Source: the human T2T-CHM13v2.0 reference genome, Homo sapiens. From it: a stretch of 64,000 bases of DNA. How positions within the stretch are numbered: the stretch's first letter is position 1; each line of letters opens with the position of its first letter. The stretch lies in assembly GCF_009914755.1 (NCBI RefSeq), contig NC_060947.1; one strand, 5' to 3'. The translations under genes were made by a program, and so were the position numbers. This document shows, in pieces, positions 28,480 through 45,440 of the stretch. Under the pieces are notes generated by a model. The model made no database searches, was not told the origin of the DNA, and saw nothing but the letters and a program-made list of their open reading frames with translations.

Positions 28480-29392
28480 CATAATTGATACCTACTTTAG
28501 TAGATTACATTATGTGATTCTAGTCTACATTCCATATAATTATTTGGATATATGTGTATTGTAAAAATTATACAGTGCTACTTTATGTGTGTGTTTTAAT
28601 TTATGGAAAAAGTACGGTGCTTTAAATATATAAATCTTTTTTTTTTTTTTTACTTTTTACTGCTGCATAGGATTTTATTGTAATCCTGTTACATTTTGCA
28701 TAGCCATTTCCCTAGTGATGGACAGTTTAAGTTCCACGATTTTACTTCCAAACAACACTGTGATTAACCTCTATTACATGTCCTATGGTTCTGTACTCAA
28801 GTTTATTTGGGATCTCTGGCTTATAGGTCATACATATAGTAAACATTAAATAATTACAGAAGTCATACATATAGTAAACATTAAATAATTACAGAATGCT
28901 TTTCAGAAAGCTTTTTTTTTTCTAGTATAGACCAACATGACAGTACATGAGTGCTCCTACATCCCCACCAGGTCTTAATCTTATCTGACTTTCTAAATTT
29001 GCTAATCTGATGGATATAAGGGGGTATTATGTAGTTATTTCAATATGTATTTTTATGATTATAAAAGGTTAAGCACTTATTAATTAACTAGCCATTTGTT
29101 TTCTCACTCTAAACCTTGTCTGCCTGTATTCCTTGTCCTTTTTTTCTATTGGATTTTCTGTCTTTGTCCTATAGGTTTGTAGGAATTCCTTGTGTATTCT
29201 AGATATAAATCCATTTTTGGCTTATGATATTGCATATGTCTACTCCTAGTCTGTCACCTGCGTGTTAACTTTTGGATGGTGTTAACTTTGGCTTCATTAG
29301 AACTGAAATTCTTATTTTGGGAGCAGGAGGCATATTCATGTTCCTTATGTTCCCATCATTATTTTTTTTATATTGTTTAAGAAGTTCTTCCA
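28480..29392 (-). mobile_element. Ancient L1ME-type fragment (continues at ~35061-35630)
   Basis: Decayed L1 3' motifs (TTTGCTAATCTGATGG, TTCCTTGTGTATTCTAGATA, TGTTTAAGAA). Confidence 0.6.
28827..28896. repeat. Perfect 35-bp tandem duplication
   Basis: GTCATACATATAGTAAACATTAAATAATTACAGAA x2 with no mismatches. Confidence 0.97.
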
Positions 29393-30177
29393 AGCACCTC
29401 AGCATTAGGTGCTGGAATTGTGCTCTTCCCCATTGCAAGCCTGGGGCAAGAGGAGGGCTGCTACAGCAGCAGTTTACCTTGGGTAGTGAAACTTGTTGCA
29501 CAGGCTAGCTTAGTGACCTGGAACTCGTCTGCATGTGCTGTTGCTGCATGTCCCAGCTTGCTCCCCTAAGATCATTGTGCAGCATGGCTCTCTTTACTCC
29601 ACCTCCAGGCAGAAATCCAGGCATCTGGAGCACCCACTTGCCTGGACCGGCAGCCTGAGCCACCCCACCCTTCATGGACACACATCATTGTGTAGCATGG
29701 CCTCTTCTCCATGCCTAAGCAGGTCTCCAGGCATTCAGAACACCTGCTCACATGGATCAGCAGCTTTACCCACTACCACCATTCCTGTGAAGAGATAGTG
29801 TTGCAGTGAGGCCCTCTCCACTTCATGCCAATGCACATCTCTAGGCATTTGGAGTAAACTCCCCTGGATCAGCAGCCTGAGCCACCCACCCTTCCTGTGC
29901 AGAGATCCTGGTGCAAGAGGACCCTTTGTGCTATACACCCAGACGTATCTCCAGGAATTCGGATCACCTGCTTGCCTGGTTTAGCAAACTGAACCCCACC
30001 CTTTCTATGCAGAGATCCTGGTGAAGGGGAGCCCTTTCGGCTACACACTGAGGTGGATCTCCAGTCATTCAGAGCATCTGCTTTCTTGGCTCAGCAGCCA
30101 CAATCACTGCATCCTTCCTATGCAGAGATCATGGTGCAGAGGGGCCCTCTCTGCTCCATGACCAGGTAAGTCTCCAG
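29393..30177 (+). mobile_element. Old primate L1 (L1P4/L1PA16-17-type) 5'UTR with ~110-bp tandem units
   Basis: GC-rich; recurring CTCCAGGCATT / CAGCAGCCTGAGCCACC / GCAGAGATCCTGGTG motifs; lies upstream of an ORF2 in the same orientation. Confidence 0.65.
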
Positions 30178-30268
30178 GAGCCATGATTGCATCATTGCAC
30201 TCCAGCCTGGTGACAGATCGAGACTCCATCTCAAAAAAAAAAAAAAAAAAAAAAGAAAAGAAAGAAAG
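30178..30268 (+). mobile_element. Alu 3' terminal fragment with poly(A)
   Basis: GAGCCATGATTGCATCATTGCACTCCAGCCTGGTGACAGA..GAGACTCCATCTC followed by an A tail. Confidence 0.9.
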
Positions 30269-34898
<4,630 letters not shown>

Positions 34899-35639
34899 CC
34901 TGGAGAGGGGAAAATAAAAAGAGCAAAGGGTTTGGAAGAGCCATTCTCTCCCGGACCACAAATGATCTTTTCCTATTTTTTACAAGTTGGCAGATACTCC
35001 TGACATTATATGTAAGACGGTTTTGTTTTTGGAAGAGATAGAGGAGTTAGAGGGGAAAAAAAGTACTCTTTCCACAACGTGAAGATCACAGAGATACTTT
35101 CTCATTATTTTTCTTTAGTGGGTTATAGTTTTATTTTTTCTTGTCTTGTTGTTTGACCCCTGTACAGTTTTTTATAACTTGTGAGGCAGAGATCGACCTC
35201 TTTTTTCTCCATAGAGTAAACTACGTTTGGTAAGACATTTACTAAATAATTCATTTTTTTTCACTGATTTGTTATACCACCTCTGTTCTATTGGTTTTTT
35301 AGTTACTAAAATAAAACATTGCTTTTATAATAAATTCTGAATATTTATCAGAGAAAATACCCCACCCTACTTTTATTTATTGTTATTGTACATTTTCTTA
35401 CTTGCAGACTTTCTCATTTCATATAATTTTAGATCAGATGATCAGCTTTCAAATGAAATATTACTGGGATTTTATTGAAATTAAACTAAGTTTATAAGTT
35501 AATATAGAGGGCATCAATATTTTAATATCACTATGTTATCACAGTTAGAAACATGGTGAATCTCTTGTTTTCTTCCAAGACTTTCTTCAGTCAAAATATA
35601 TCAAAATTATTAATATTTTAAATAGATTATTCTTTGTGT

Positions 35640-36343
<704 letters not shown>

Positions 36344-37689
36344 TTAATAAGCACTGGGAGATTCTAAATCAAAGTTACAAATATTATATTATTACTATTA
36401 CATTTTAAGTAGTTTTGCTCACATCTGACATTTGGTTTCTACATCTGAACATCCTGAAATATTATGAATGCTGAATTAGAAATTTCTAAGTTTATGTTAC
36501 AGATATGCCATTTTTTAGCTTTTTGCACTTGAGGAAATTACTTGCATCTATAGATGAGATCTAACTAATAACATATAATACTAGGATTGTTGTAACTTGT
36601 AAATTACATGGCAGTAACACTGTGATTCCTGATATCTCACTTCCTTTACACTGATGGACTTCATTTTATAAAATTGATATATAATGTGCAGTTTTCCTGG
36701 AGTCATTTTCAAATGTATTAAAAATATGGTAATTTTAAGGAATCCTATAATGAACCATCGTGTAAAATGAAACACCACTCTCAGTTTTTTCTTTTTCCCC
36801 AATTGTCATATAGTTGTCATTTCATGAATATGGTTTTTATTTTAAGTAAATCTATTTATTTTAAAAGCTAAATATAAGCAACCTAGAAACATACCTCAAA
36901 GCACACTATTCTTTAGGGAAAAAATAAAAAGTAAATGCTAACACACAAAAGTTGAAGAAAGCACAGTTCTAGATTTTAATTTAGGACTTGTGGAGAAAGG
37001 AAGAATGTGTTTACTTATTACAGGTATTTATTGTGACAGATATCATCATACAACAGCAGTGTTTTAAGTCGTTTATTCCATGCTGTGCTGTCAGCTGTGA
37101 TAATTAGAAATACATATTGCTCCATGAGAATTTTAAAAAACGAATGACCATTATTTTGAGTGACAATTGTTATCAAATTGTGTGAAGTTAAATCTTTGAG
37201 AATTTGCTGTAGTAAAAGAAGCTTATGGGGATGGAAAATGTCAAATGTAAGAGAGTTATTTAATAGCATTTTTTGTTTTGTTTTGTAAAACTAACAAACT
37301 TTAGGAAGTTTTAGAAAATTTGAAAGTGGAAATATGCATAAGCAAATAAGATAGAACACAGGTAGTCAATATCAATTAATATTTTACATGCTCTTGCAGT
37401 TTTTTCTATGAATTGTTTTATGTAATTAAGATAATACTGTATATACATTTTTGCATCCTACTAGTTGTTTTTGAAGTTATATAAATGGTATTTATCTGAA
37501 TTATTAAAAAATCCTTTTAGATATTACTTTTAATGGTATCAAAGATTCTATTGAATATATGTATTCTCGTTTATTTAACAAATCAGGAGTTATTGGTCAT
37601 TAGAGTTGGTTACAATATCTACACATTTACAAGTTTCCTATTATTGTACTCTCCAGTATCTCTCACCCCTTCTCCTGAGATTGCTTACA

Positions 37690-38151
37690 TACCTACTCTA
37701 GCCACATCCTTCCCAAAGATTCTGTCATGTTCTGGCAAGGCCTTAAGCTTCAGGCCATAGTTGAATGGTTAAACTGTTAGCATCTGACCTCAAACTTAAT
37801 TATTTTCTCCCCTAGAAAGTTTTTGGATTTGCAGTCTAAGAGAGCACCCTCCCTCTATGGTTAAATGTATAAATTAAGTCCCTGGAAGCTGTGTGAAACT
37901 ATAAATAGTGTCACGTGGCAAGAAGTGATTTGTGATGAAAGTCAATTAAACAGCTATTCAAAGAAAAATAGTTCTGAGAGACAAATTTGAATTCCTGCTC
38001 CAGTTGCTCCTGAAGTAAAGTGACCCCTATAGATTCCACAGCTTGGCTTTTCAATCCTTCTTTGAATCAATAAACTAGTAATCTCTTCATATTAAAAGCT
38101 AGTTTTAGTTGAGTTTCTGAAACTTTCAACAAAAGGAGCCTGAATTTAAAC
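37690..38151 (+). mobile_element. Old MLT1 (J/K-like) MaLR LTR
   Basis: Ends TCAATAAA...AAGCTAGTTTTAGTTGAGTTTCTG..ACTTTCAACAAAAGGAGCCTGAATTTAAACA. Confidence 0.55.
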
Positions 38152-38207
38152 ACTGTATTGAACATCTTTGAGCATAAAACATGGTCCAAATTTGAAATTA
38201 ATATCTT

Positions 38208-40217
38208 ACAATAGAGGAGTATCCAAAAATTCTGGAAACTTTTGTATATTTTAAAGTCTCTAAATAAGGGGATTTATATATCACAATGTTGAAAGAAACT
38301 GAAGGAGACAGTCTTGATAAGACATAGAGTTTTAGCTTATTGCTAAAGAAAATTCATTGTGAGAAAGGTGGACAAGGAATTACAATAAGGTAAAGAAGCA
38401 ATTAAATCTCATCATGAAAAAAATCTGGAACATTATTAAAGTTTCTGTGGAAAAGGACATATATTATAAGGAATGCACAGAAACCGCAGATACTCAACAT
38501 TTGGTATGAGTTCTACTAATATCAACTGGGGCTAGATAACATTTATGAGTTTTGAGGAAAACAGATTGTGTAACATTATGTTTTCAGAATGGCATGAAAA
38601 TAATGCAACAGTGTCTAGTATGGCCAAGTCTCTGTTACTTAAGGATTTTTCATCACTTAATCACAAAGCAGACATAAAGAAACTTGTTTTAGTGTATCAT
38701 CAATGACAATTTTTCATCAAAACTTTTAATAAAGTTGCATTCTATCAATATTATTGTGTAATAACTGACAGTGGATTAATAACCGAATATATAAGGAGTT
38801 CAAGCAACTCCATAGAAAAAAATCCAATTAAAATGGACACAATATTTAAATAGATATTTCTCCAAAAAAGACATACAAATGGCAAACAGGCATATGAAAA
38901 GGTGCTCAACATCATTGGTCATTGGAGGAATGCAGATCAAAACTACAATGAGATATCATCTCACCTCAATTAAAACGGCTTATATCCAAAAGACAGGCAA
39001 TAACAAATGTTGGTGAGGTTGTGGAGAAAAGAGAATCCTCATGCTCTGTTGGTGGGAATGTAAATTAGTGTAACCACTATGGATAACAGTTTGGAGTTTC
39101 CTCAAAAATCTAAAAATAGAACTACCATACAATCCAGCAATCCCACTGCTGGGTATGTAACCAAAAGAAAGGAAATCAGTATATCAAAGAGATATCTACA
39201 CTCTCATGTTTGTTGCAGCACTGTTCACAATAGCCAAGATTTGGAAGCAGTCTAAATGTCCATCAACAAATGATTGATTGGATTTAAAAAATATGGTACA
39301 TATACACAATGGAGTACTATGCAGCCATACAAAAGAATGAGATCCTGTCATTAGCAACATGGGTAGAACTGGAGGTTATTAGGTTAAAAAAGTCAGACAC
39401 AGAAAGAGAAAATTTGCATATTCTCATTCATTTGTGGGTGCTAAAAATTGAAGCAATTGAACCCATGGAGTGAGAGGGTAGAAGGATGTTTATGAGAGCC
39501 TGGAAAGGGTAGTGAGGGTTGGGAGGGAAGTGGGGATGGTTAATGGGCAGAAAAATGCATGTAATTAGAAAGAATAAAGAAGAGCTAGTATTTGATAGCC
39601 TAACAGGGTGATTATGGTATGTAATAATTTAATTGTCCATTTTTTAAATAAATAAAAATGTCTGTAACCCAAAAGATAAATCCTTGAGGGGATGGATGCC
39701 CCACTTTCCATGATGTGGTTATTGTTTGTTTCATATCTGTATCAGAGTATCTAAAGAACCCCATAAATGTATACACCTACTATGTACCCACAAAATTGGA
39801 GGAAAAAATAAATAAATAAATAAATAAATAAAAATTAGAAGGATTTTTAGTCTTGTAACGAGTTTTTCAGCATGATATGCTCTGGCTCAGAGAATATCTT
39901 TGAGATGGTGTAGATCAAAACAGATATTAATCAAATTGATCACTCATTTCCTTTACCATTTGATTGTTTTGTGTAACTTTATACTTTTTCCCAACGATGA
40001 AATCTATCTTCAAAGGATGAAGGTTCGTTACATTTGAGTATATATAAAGAAAGACTAAAATGTCTAAAGTCTCGAGAAAAGCTTTTCAAATATGTTTCTG
40101 AGTAGTAGTTGTGCTACTGTAATAATTACACTGCCTATGAAACTGACTAGTTTGAAGTGAATGTCACTTCTTTGGTTACATGTGGAGAAAGGTGCATCAT
40201 TTTGCTTGTGCTCATAT
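38208..40217 (+). mobile_element. Ancient TcMar-mariner transposon relic (MARNA/DNA1_Mam-like), split by an L1MA
   Basis: Mariner motifs in the correct order after frameshift correction: KVS, AQK..LNI, TG..IYEF, SEWH, HD(N)A, FPTMKSIFKG*RF. Confidence 0.6.
38762..39836 (+). mobile_element. L1MA1/2-like LINE-1 3' end
   Basis: TGAGGGGATGGATGCCCC...CCCCATAAATGTATACACCTACTATGTACCCACAAAA and (AAAT)n tail. Confidence 0.88.
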
Positions 40218-41009
40218 GTTTTAAAAGCCTAGCCTAAATTTATCCCTTTCTGAAGTTAACTTAGCAACTGAAGCCAAATCTTAATTAGTGACAAAAGCTT
40301 CTATGATAGCACAGTGCCTTGCTTATAAAATGCCCTTTGCAAATATTTATTGAATAAATGGGAAGACTTCTCCAGTCTTATCCATCCCTCAGCCTTCAGA
40401 CTACATACTTCATTCAGATGTCAAGAAAGTGTTCCCTATTTCTCTTTTCAGGCATGAAAACTTTTTTTTAATTTAATTAAGCAGCCCCAAACTCCATATA
40501 TCAATTAACATGTTTCTACCTCAGCAAAAGGTTTTTTAAGAATTTAGTTCAATTACATTAAAACAATGACGAGTTCCCTTACTAAGTAGAATAAAAAAAT
40601 ACATAAATAGATTAATCATCTGTGTAAAAGGCTTCATTATTACCTACCCTCCAGAGAGCTTTCCCCTGCCTACACCATCCAAAAATATAGAAAGATTTTT
40701 GTGGGAAAGAACACAATCTCTGCCCACCAAGTTGGATCAGCTGGTTGCAACATTTGCTTCAATTACGTTATTGGTAAGCCCTTTAATACTGGATCATAGA
40801 CTGAATGGAAGTGTCTGAGATGCTCTCTTCTCTTGGTAAGGTTCCCAACCTTCATTCCATCTATTATAGTTTCCTTTTCCACTCCAGCAAACTCATAATA
40901 CTGAGAACCTAGGAGGTTTATGCTTGAACACACAGTTGTTCCAGACTTACTGTATATAAGAGGTTTATGAGGTAGCCATATGGTTGGAAGGTAGACTGAA
41001 GGATTTGTC

Positions 41010-41246
<237 letters not shown>

Positions 41247-43779
41247 ACAGTTGCATTCACAGGGGACTCATATTGTTTTTTACTTACTCTGTCTACTTAT
41301 TTGAAATAGCTTTAGGAAGCACTAACGGAGATTTTGGAGTACTTAACACTCATCCCCAACCACTCCTTGGTTTTACCACTGTCTAAAAACCATCACATTT
41401 TAATAGCAATAAAATATATACTTAACCCTCTTGTTAGAACTAATGAAAACCTCTTGGTAATAGAGATGAATTTCTAAGTCCAGATGGTATATGCAATTGG
41501 AGTAGACCTTCATCAGATCGAGTTCCAATAATCTCAAAATATCAGGCACTCTGGAAAGAGTAGGAAGGAAAGGGAGAGCAACTCTGCCAGGAATAGTGAG
41601 GGAAACCCACTAGGGGAACAGTGAATCTAAGGATCAAAAATTCTGAATTTTAAAATTTTGATAGGAAAGATAACTTTCATAATTTTAATTTTGCTGTAGT
41701 CATATATATATTCAATATTAGAGTTAAAATAAAGCAATGAAGAGATGTGTTAAGGCATGATAGAGAACTTTGAGAACTTTGGAACACATATTAGAGTATG
41801 CCTAAATTTATTTCCTTTTTAGCTGGAACTAGTTTATAAAATTAATACATATCCTTCAATATATGAGGGAATAGAAGAGAGAATAAGTAAGTTTGGATTC
41901 TGAAAAATGGCAAATATTTCTTGAAGCCCCTGAACACCTGCATTTTCTAACATGAGTAGAAAGATATTTAAATCAGTAGTAGACTATTTTCTAGCAGAAA
42001 AATTTTATGTGGAGATATTGTATGACCCTGGAACAGAGTTTGTTTCCTGTTACTCATTAATGAAACCTGAAAGGAAAAAAAAGAAAAGTCCATTGAAGTA
42101 GAAAGGTATCCAGAGAGGCTCACAAAGATCAGTGGGAAACAAGACTAGGGAGGGCCATTTAATATATAATGACTGGCTGAGACTGTCCTAGGTTGCTCAA
42201 CTAAGGTTTTTCCTCACTGTTAGCGTCTGCCCTTCTCCCTGTCTAACAGCACTAAGTACTCAGTAAGATGACTGGCTATACCCTGGCCAACAGGTTGCCT
42301 TACTGTAATCTCTTATTCCTATGTTTGTTTATCTGTGAACTTGCAGTTGACCCTAATACCCACCCTCACTTTTCATATCAAATAAATTCCCTTTCTATTT
42401 GCTGAATGCTGGAATTGGGGGCAGGATTCAGTAGGACACAGTACCCACCCTATCCGCCACCATGGCATTGTAAATGAAGGATGTTATAAACTAGAAAAGA
42501 AAATTTACATATAAAATCAGCTTTTTGAGTTCAGTAATCTCTTGTATCAGCTGTAATTTCCTGAAAATGTTTCAGACAATATCTCAGCGTTATTGATGTA
42601 GAATTTGTTATCATCCACGGCAAAAATTACTCAAAGTTAGTCTATCCATGTCACATCTGCTCAGAACTACTGCAACTGAGTCCTAAGTATTGTCCTAGTC
42701 TCTCTTCTTAATTTTGTTTTATTATTCTCTATATCTATAGCCTTGTGCAGAAGTTTCACAGTTAAAATCGGGGGACAAGGGTAGAAATCATACATACACT
42801 CACCAAGGAAAGACTGAAAATATTTTTCTAAGTCACTATAGCACAGCTGAAACAGATAGATGGGATCTCTGCCTTTTTTCCTTCAGGAGTTTCCTTTGCT
42901 CCAGGGAATGTCAACTCCACTGTGACTGAATGGCTCACCTCTGATGTTCTTTGCCATCAGCAGAAAGCTATGTCCCATTGCTTGGCACAGAGTTTCCCTC
43001 TCTGTTCTTTGGGCGCTGCTTCTTCCCAGCAGCTGGGAAGGTATCTTGCTTTTGTCAGCATTTTCTTTGAAACTTGTCAAGTGGAGCTCAACTGCCTGTT
43101 AGAGCAGTGGTGATGTCATTTTGTATTCTTTCAAGAGTCTCTAGTTTGAGTTTGGGAAGTGGGAGGTGGCTGAGCATTATTTGGATACTGTAGCTGTGCC
43201 AAAGAAAGTGCAGGTGAAGACCAGGCAGAACTTTTCTTCAATAGACATTAAGATTAAATAATTCCACTCTGATGGCAACTGCAACATGAGAATTTCTTTC
43301 CTTGTTCTCATAACAATTTCTTCTCTTTTGCTGTTTAGAACCAAAAACAGTCATGTAGATAATGATTTTTAAATATTTTTTATCTGATGTGCAGCAAGTG
43401 ATACAGTTTATATTTCAACACATGTATAAACATATACATAACTGAAAGTATTTCATAAAACACCTTTACTAATGTGAGGCTTTCTGATATTTTATATTCT
43501 ATCCTATTCTATTAAAACTCTGCTTGTGACCCAAACAACTTATTTTACAGCCCTATAAGGGGTTTCCACCTACAAATGAAATAAATTGATCTTGTCCAAT
43601 AACGACTTGATTAATGAATTTCTTCTTTTGTTTGTATTTATCACCTTCTTGTTTTCTTAATTTAAAATTGATTTATTTCAATCTCTGTGAAGACAACTAG
43701 GCTCTACATTTATACAGTTTAAAATCCAGGAACAGAAAAGATAATCTCCTGTGTTACTGGTATTTCCTACATGTATGCT

Positions 43780-43950
43780 CAGTAGTATGGTAAAACAACA
43801 AAAAGAGCACCGGATTGGGAGTGTCAGTCCTGGATTGGACATTATTTATCTTAAAGAACTTTAAGAAATCTCTTCCCTTCCTTAGATCTCAATTTTCTCA
43901 ACTGTACTATGAGGAGATTGGATTATAATTGACTTAAAAGGCCTATTTTG
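43780..43950 (+). mobile_element. MIR SINE
   Basis: AAGAGCACCGGATTGGGAG...TCTCTTCCCTTCCTTAGATCTCAATTTTCTCAACTGTA..ATGAGGAGATTGGA core. Confidence 0.65.
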
Positions 43951-44281
43951 AGAGAATTAGTGATTTTGTGTCATTTCTTTTAGGGAATTGCTATTGTGAT
44001 GATGAGAGATAATATGTGAAATAAGCCTATGCAAGATGTTTTGGCCCTCATTTGTTTATAACAACTGGTATATTTTATAACTACTTCATGCCTCAGTACT
44101 GTGCCAAATAGGTGCAGGACAAAGAAAATATAGTGAGCGAATATGCTTGCAGAAATAAAAGTATCTGAGCCCATAGAACTCTGCTATATTAATCTAAGTG
44201 GGAAGGACCCTTAAATTTATAGTATAGTCTAAGGCACTAGTTGACTGTCTTTGAGTATCACTTTTCCTATTAATAAAAAAT

Positions 44282-44351
44282 CATTTGGGAGCCGGAGGCG
44301 GGTGGATCACTTGAGGTTGAAAGTTCGAGAGGAGTCTGGCCAACATGGTGA
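44282..44351 (+). mobile_element. Isolated 70-bp Alu left-arm fragment
   Basis: CATTTGGGAGCCGGAGGCGGGTGGATCACTTGAGG...TGGCCAACATGGTGA; no head or tail. Confidence 0.88.
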
Positions 44352-45300
44352 TTTTGAATACCCCACCAGGAGTGAATGAGAATTTCTGTTGTGTCACATC
44401 CTAGTCAGCTTTTGTTTGTAGTGCTCTCACGTATTTGCCATTCTATTTAATAGGTGTGTTCTAGTATCTCATTGCTGTCTTGACTGTCAATTCCCCAGTG
44501 GCATATATTGTTGAATTTCTTTTCATATACTTTTTTTTGTCATCATTATATCTTCTTTGGTAGGGGTCTGTTAAGATTTTTTTTTCCATTTTTAATTGGG
44601 CTGCTTGAGTTTTTATTATGGTTTTACATGTCCTTTCTGTATTTTAGATAAAAGTCCTTTATCATATATGTATTTTTCAAATATTTTCTTGTAGTTGGTG
44701 GCTTGTCTTATTCATTCTCTTAAAAATGTCTTTCACAGAACAGATTTTTAAATTTTTACGTTTTAATGAAGCTCAAATTGTCAACTTTTTTTCATGGATT
44801 GTGCTTACAATGTTTTATCTAAGAAGTCTTGTTTAAACCCAGGATCACCTGGATTTTCCCCTATCTTATCTTCTAGAAGCTTTGAAATTTTTTCATCTTA
44901 CATTTAGGTCTCTAAGACATTTTGAGTTAATTTTGTGAACAGATTAAGGTCTGTTTCTACATTCATTTTTTTTTTTTTAATGTGGATGTTCACTTGTTCT
45001 AGCACTTTGAGAATAAGGTCCACCCTTCTCCCTCTAGAATCACAAGCCCACACTGGGAACACAAACTGCCACAATGCTGGGGGCTGAGGTGTGAGGCAAA
45101 GTAAGATAAAGTATTACAAAGCTCTTCTTCTGAGTTTCAGTCTTATTTTTCTTGATTAAGCATTTACTTGGTTTCTGTAAGCCTTTGACTATTTTTTCAG
45201 AGTTCTGACAGTTTATTGTGACAGTTTTGCCAGATATTTTAGTGTTCCTTTGAAACGATAGGCCCTTGGAATTTCCCATTCTGACATTTTCATGCCATCT
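44352..45300 (-). mobile_element. L1MC/MD-type fragments
   Basis: CCCACCAG..GTGAATGAGAATTTCTGTTG, TTTTAGATAAAAGTCCTTTATCA and other decayed L1M motifs. Confidence 0.7.
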
Positions 45301-45302
45301 TG

Positions 45303-45440
45303 TACCTGCTGACAGTTTTGTAACTAATGTTTTATTGTTCCACTCATTTGTTTACATATTGTCTATGGCTACTTTTGCACTACGATGGCACTGTTGAGTA
45401 GTTGTAAGAGAGACCTTATGACCCCAAAGCCAAAAATAAT
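45303..45440 (+). mobile_element. MER58A-like hAT-Charlie fragment
   Basis: CACTCATTTGTTTACATATTGTCTATGGCTACTTTTGCACTAC..TTGAGTAGTTGTAAGAGAGACC. Confidence 0.8.

Noticed and set aside
29590-30180. CRISPR-like regularly spaced repeats
   Set aside because: Eukaryotic context; the whole units are homologous tandem monomers with no unique spacers and no cas genes.
43380-43590. Possible hAT-Charlie remnant
   Set aside because: Similarity is too weak to assign a family or boundaries by eye.
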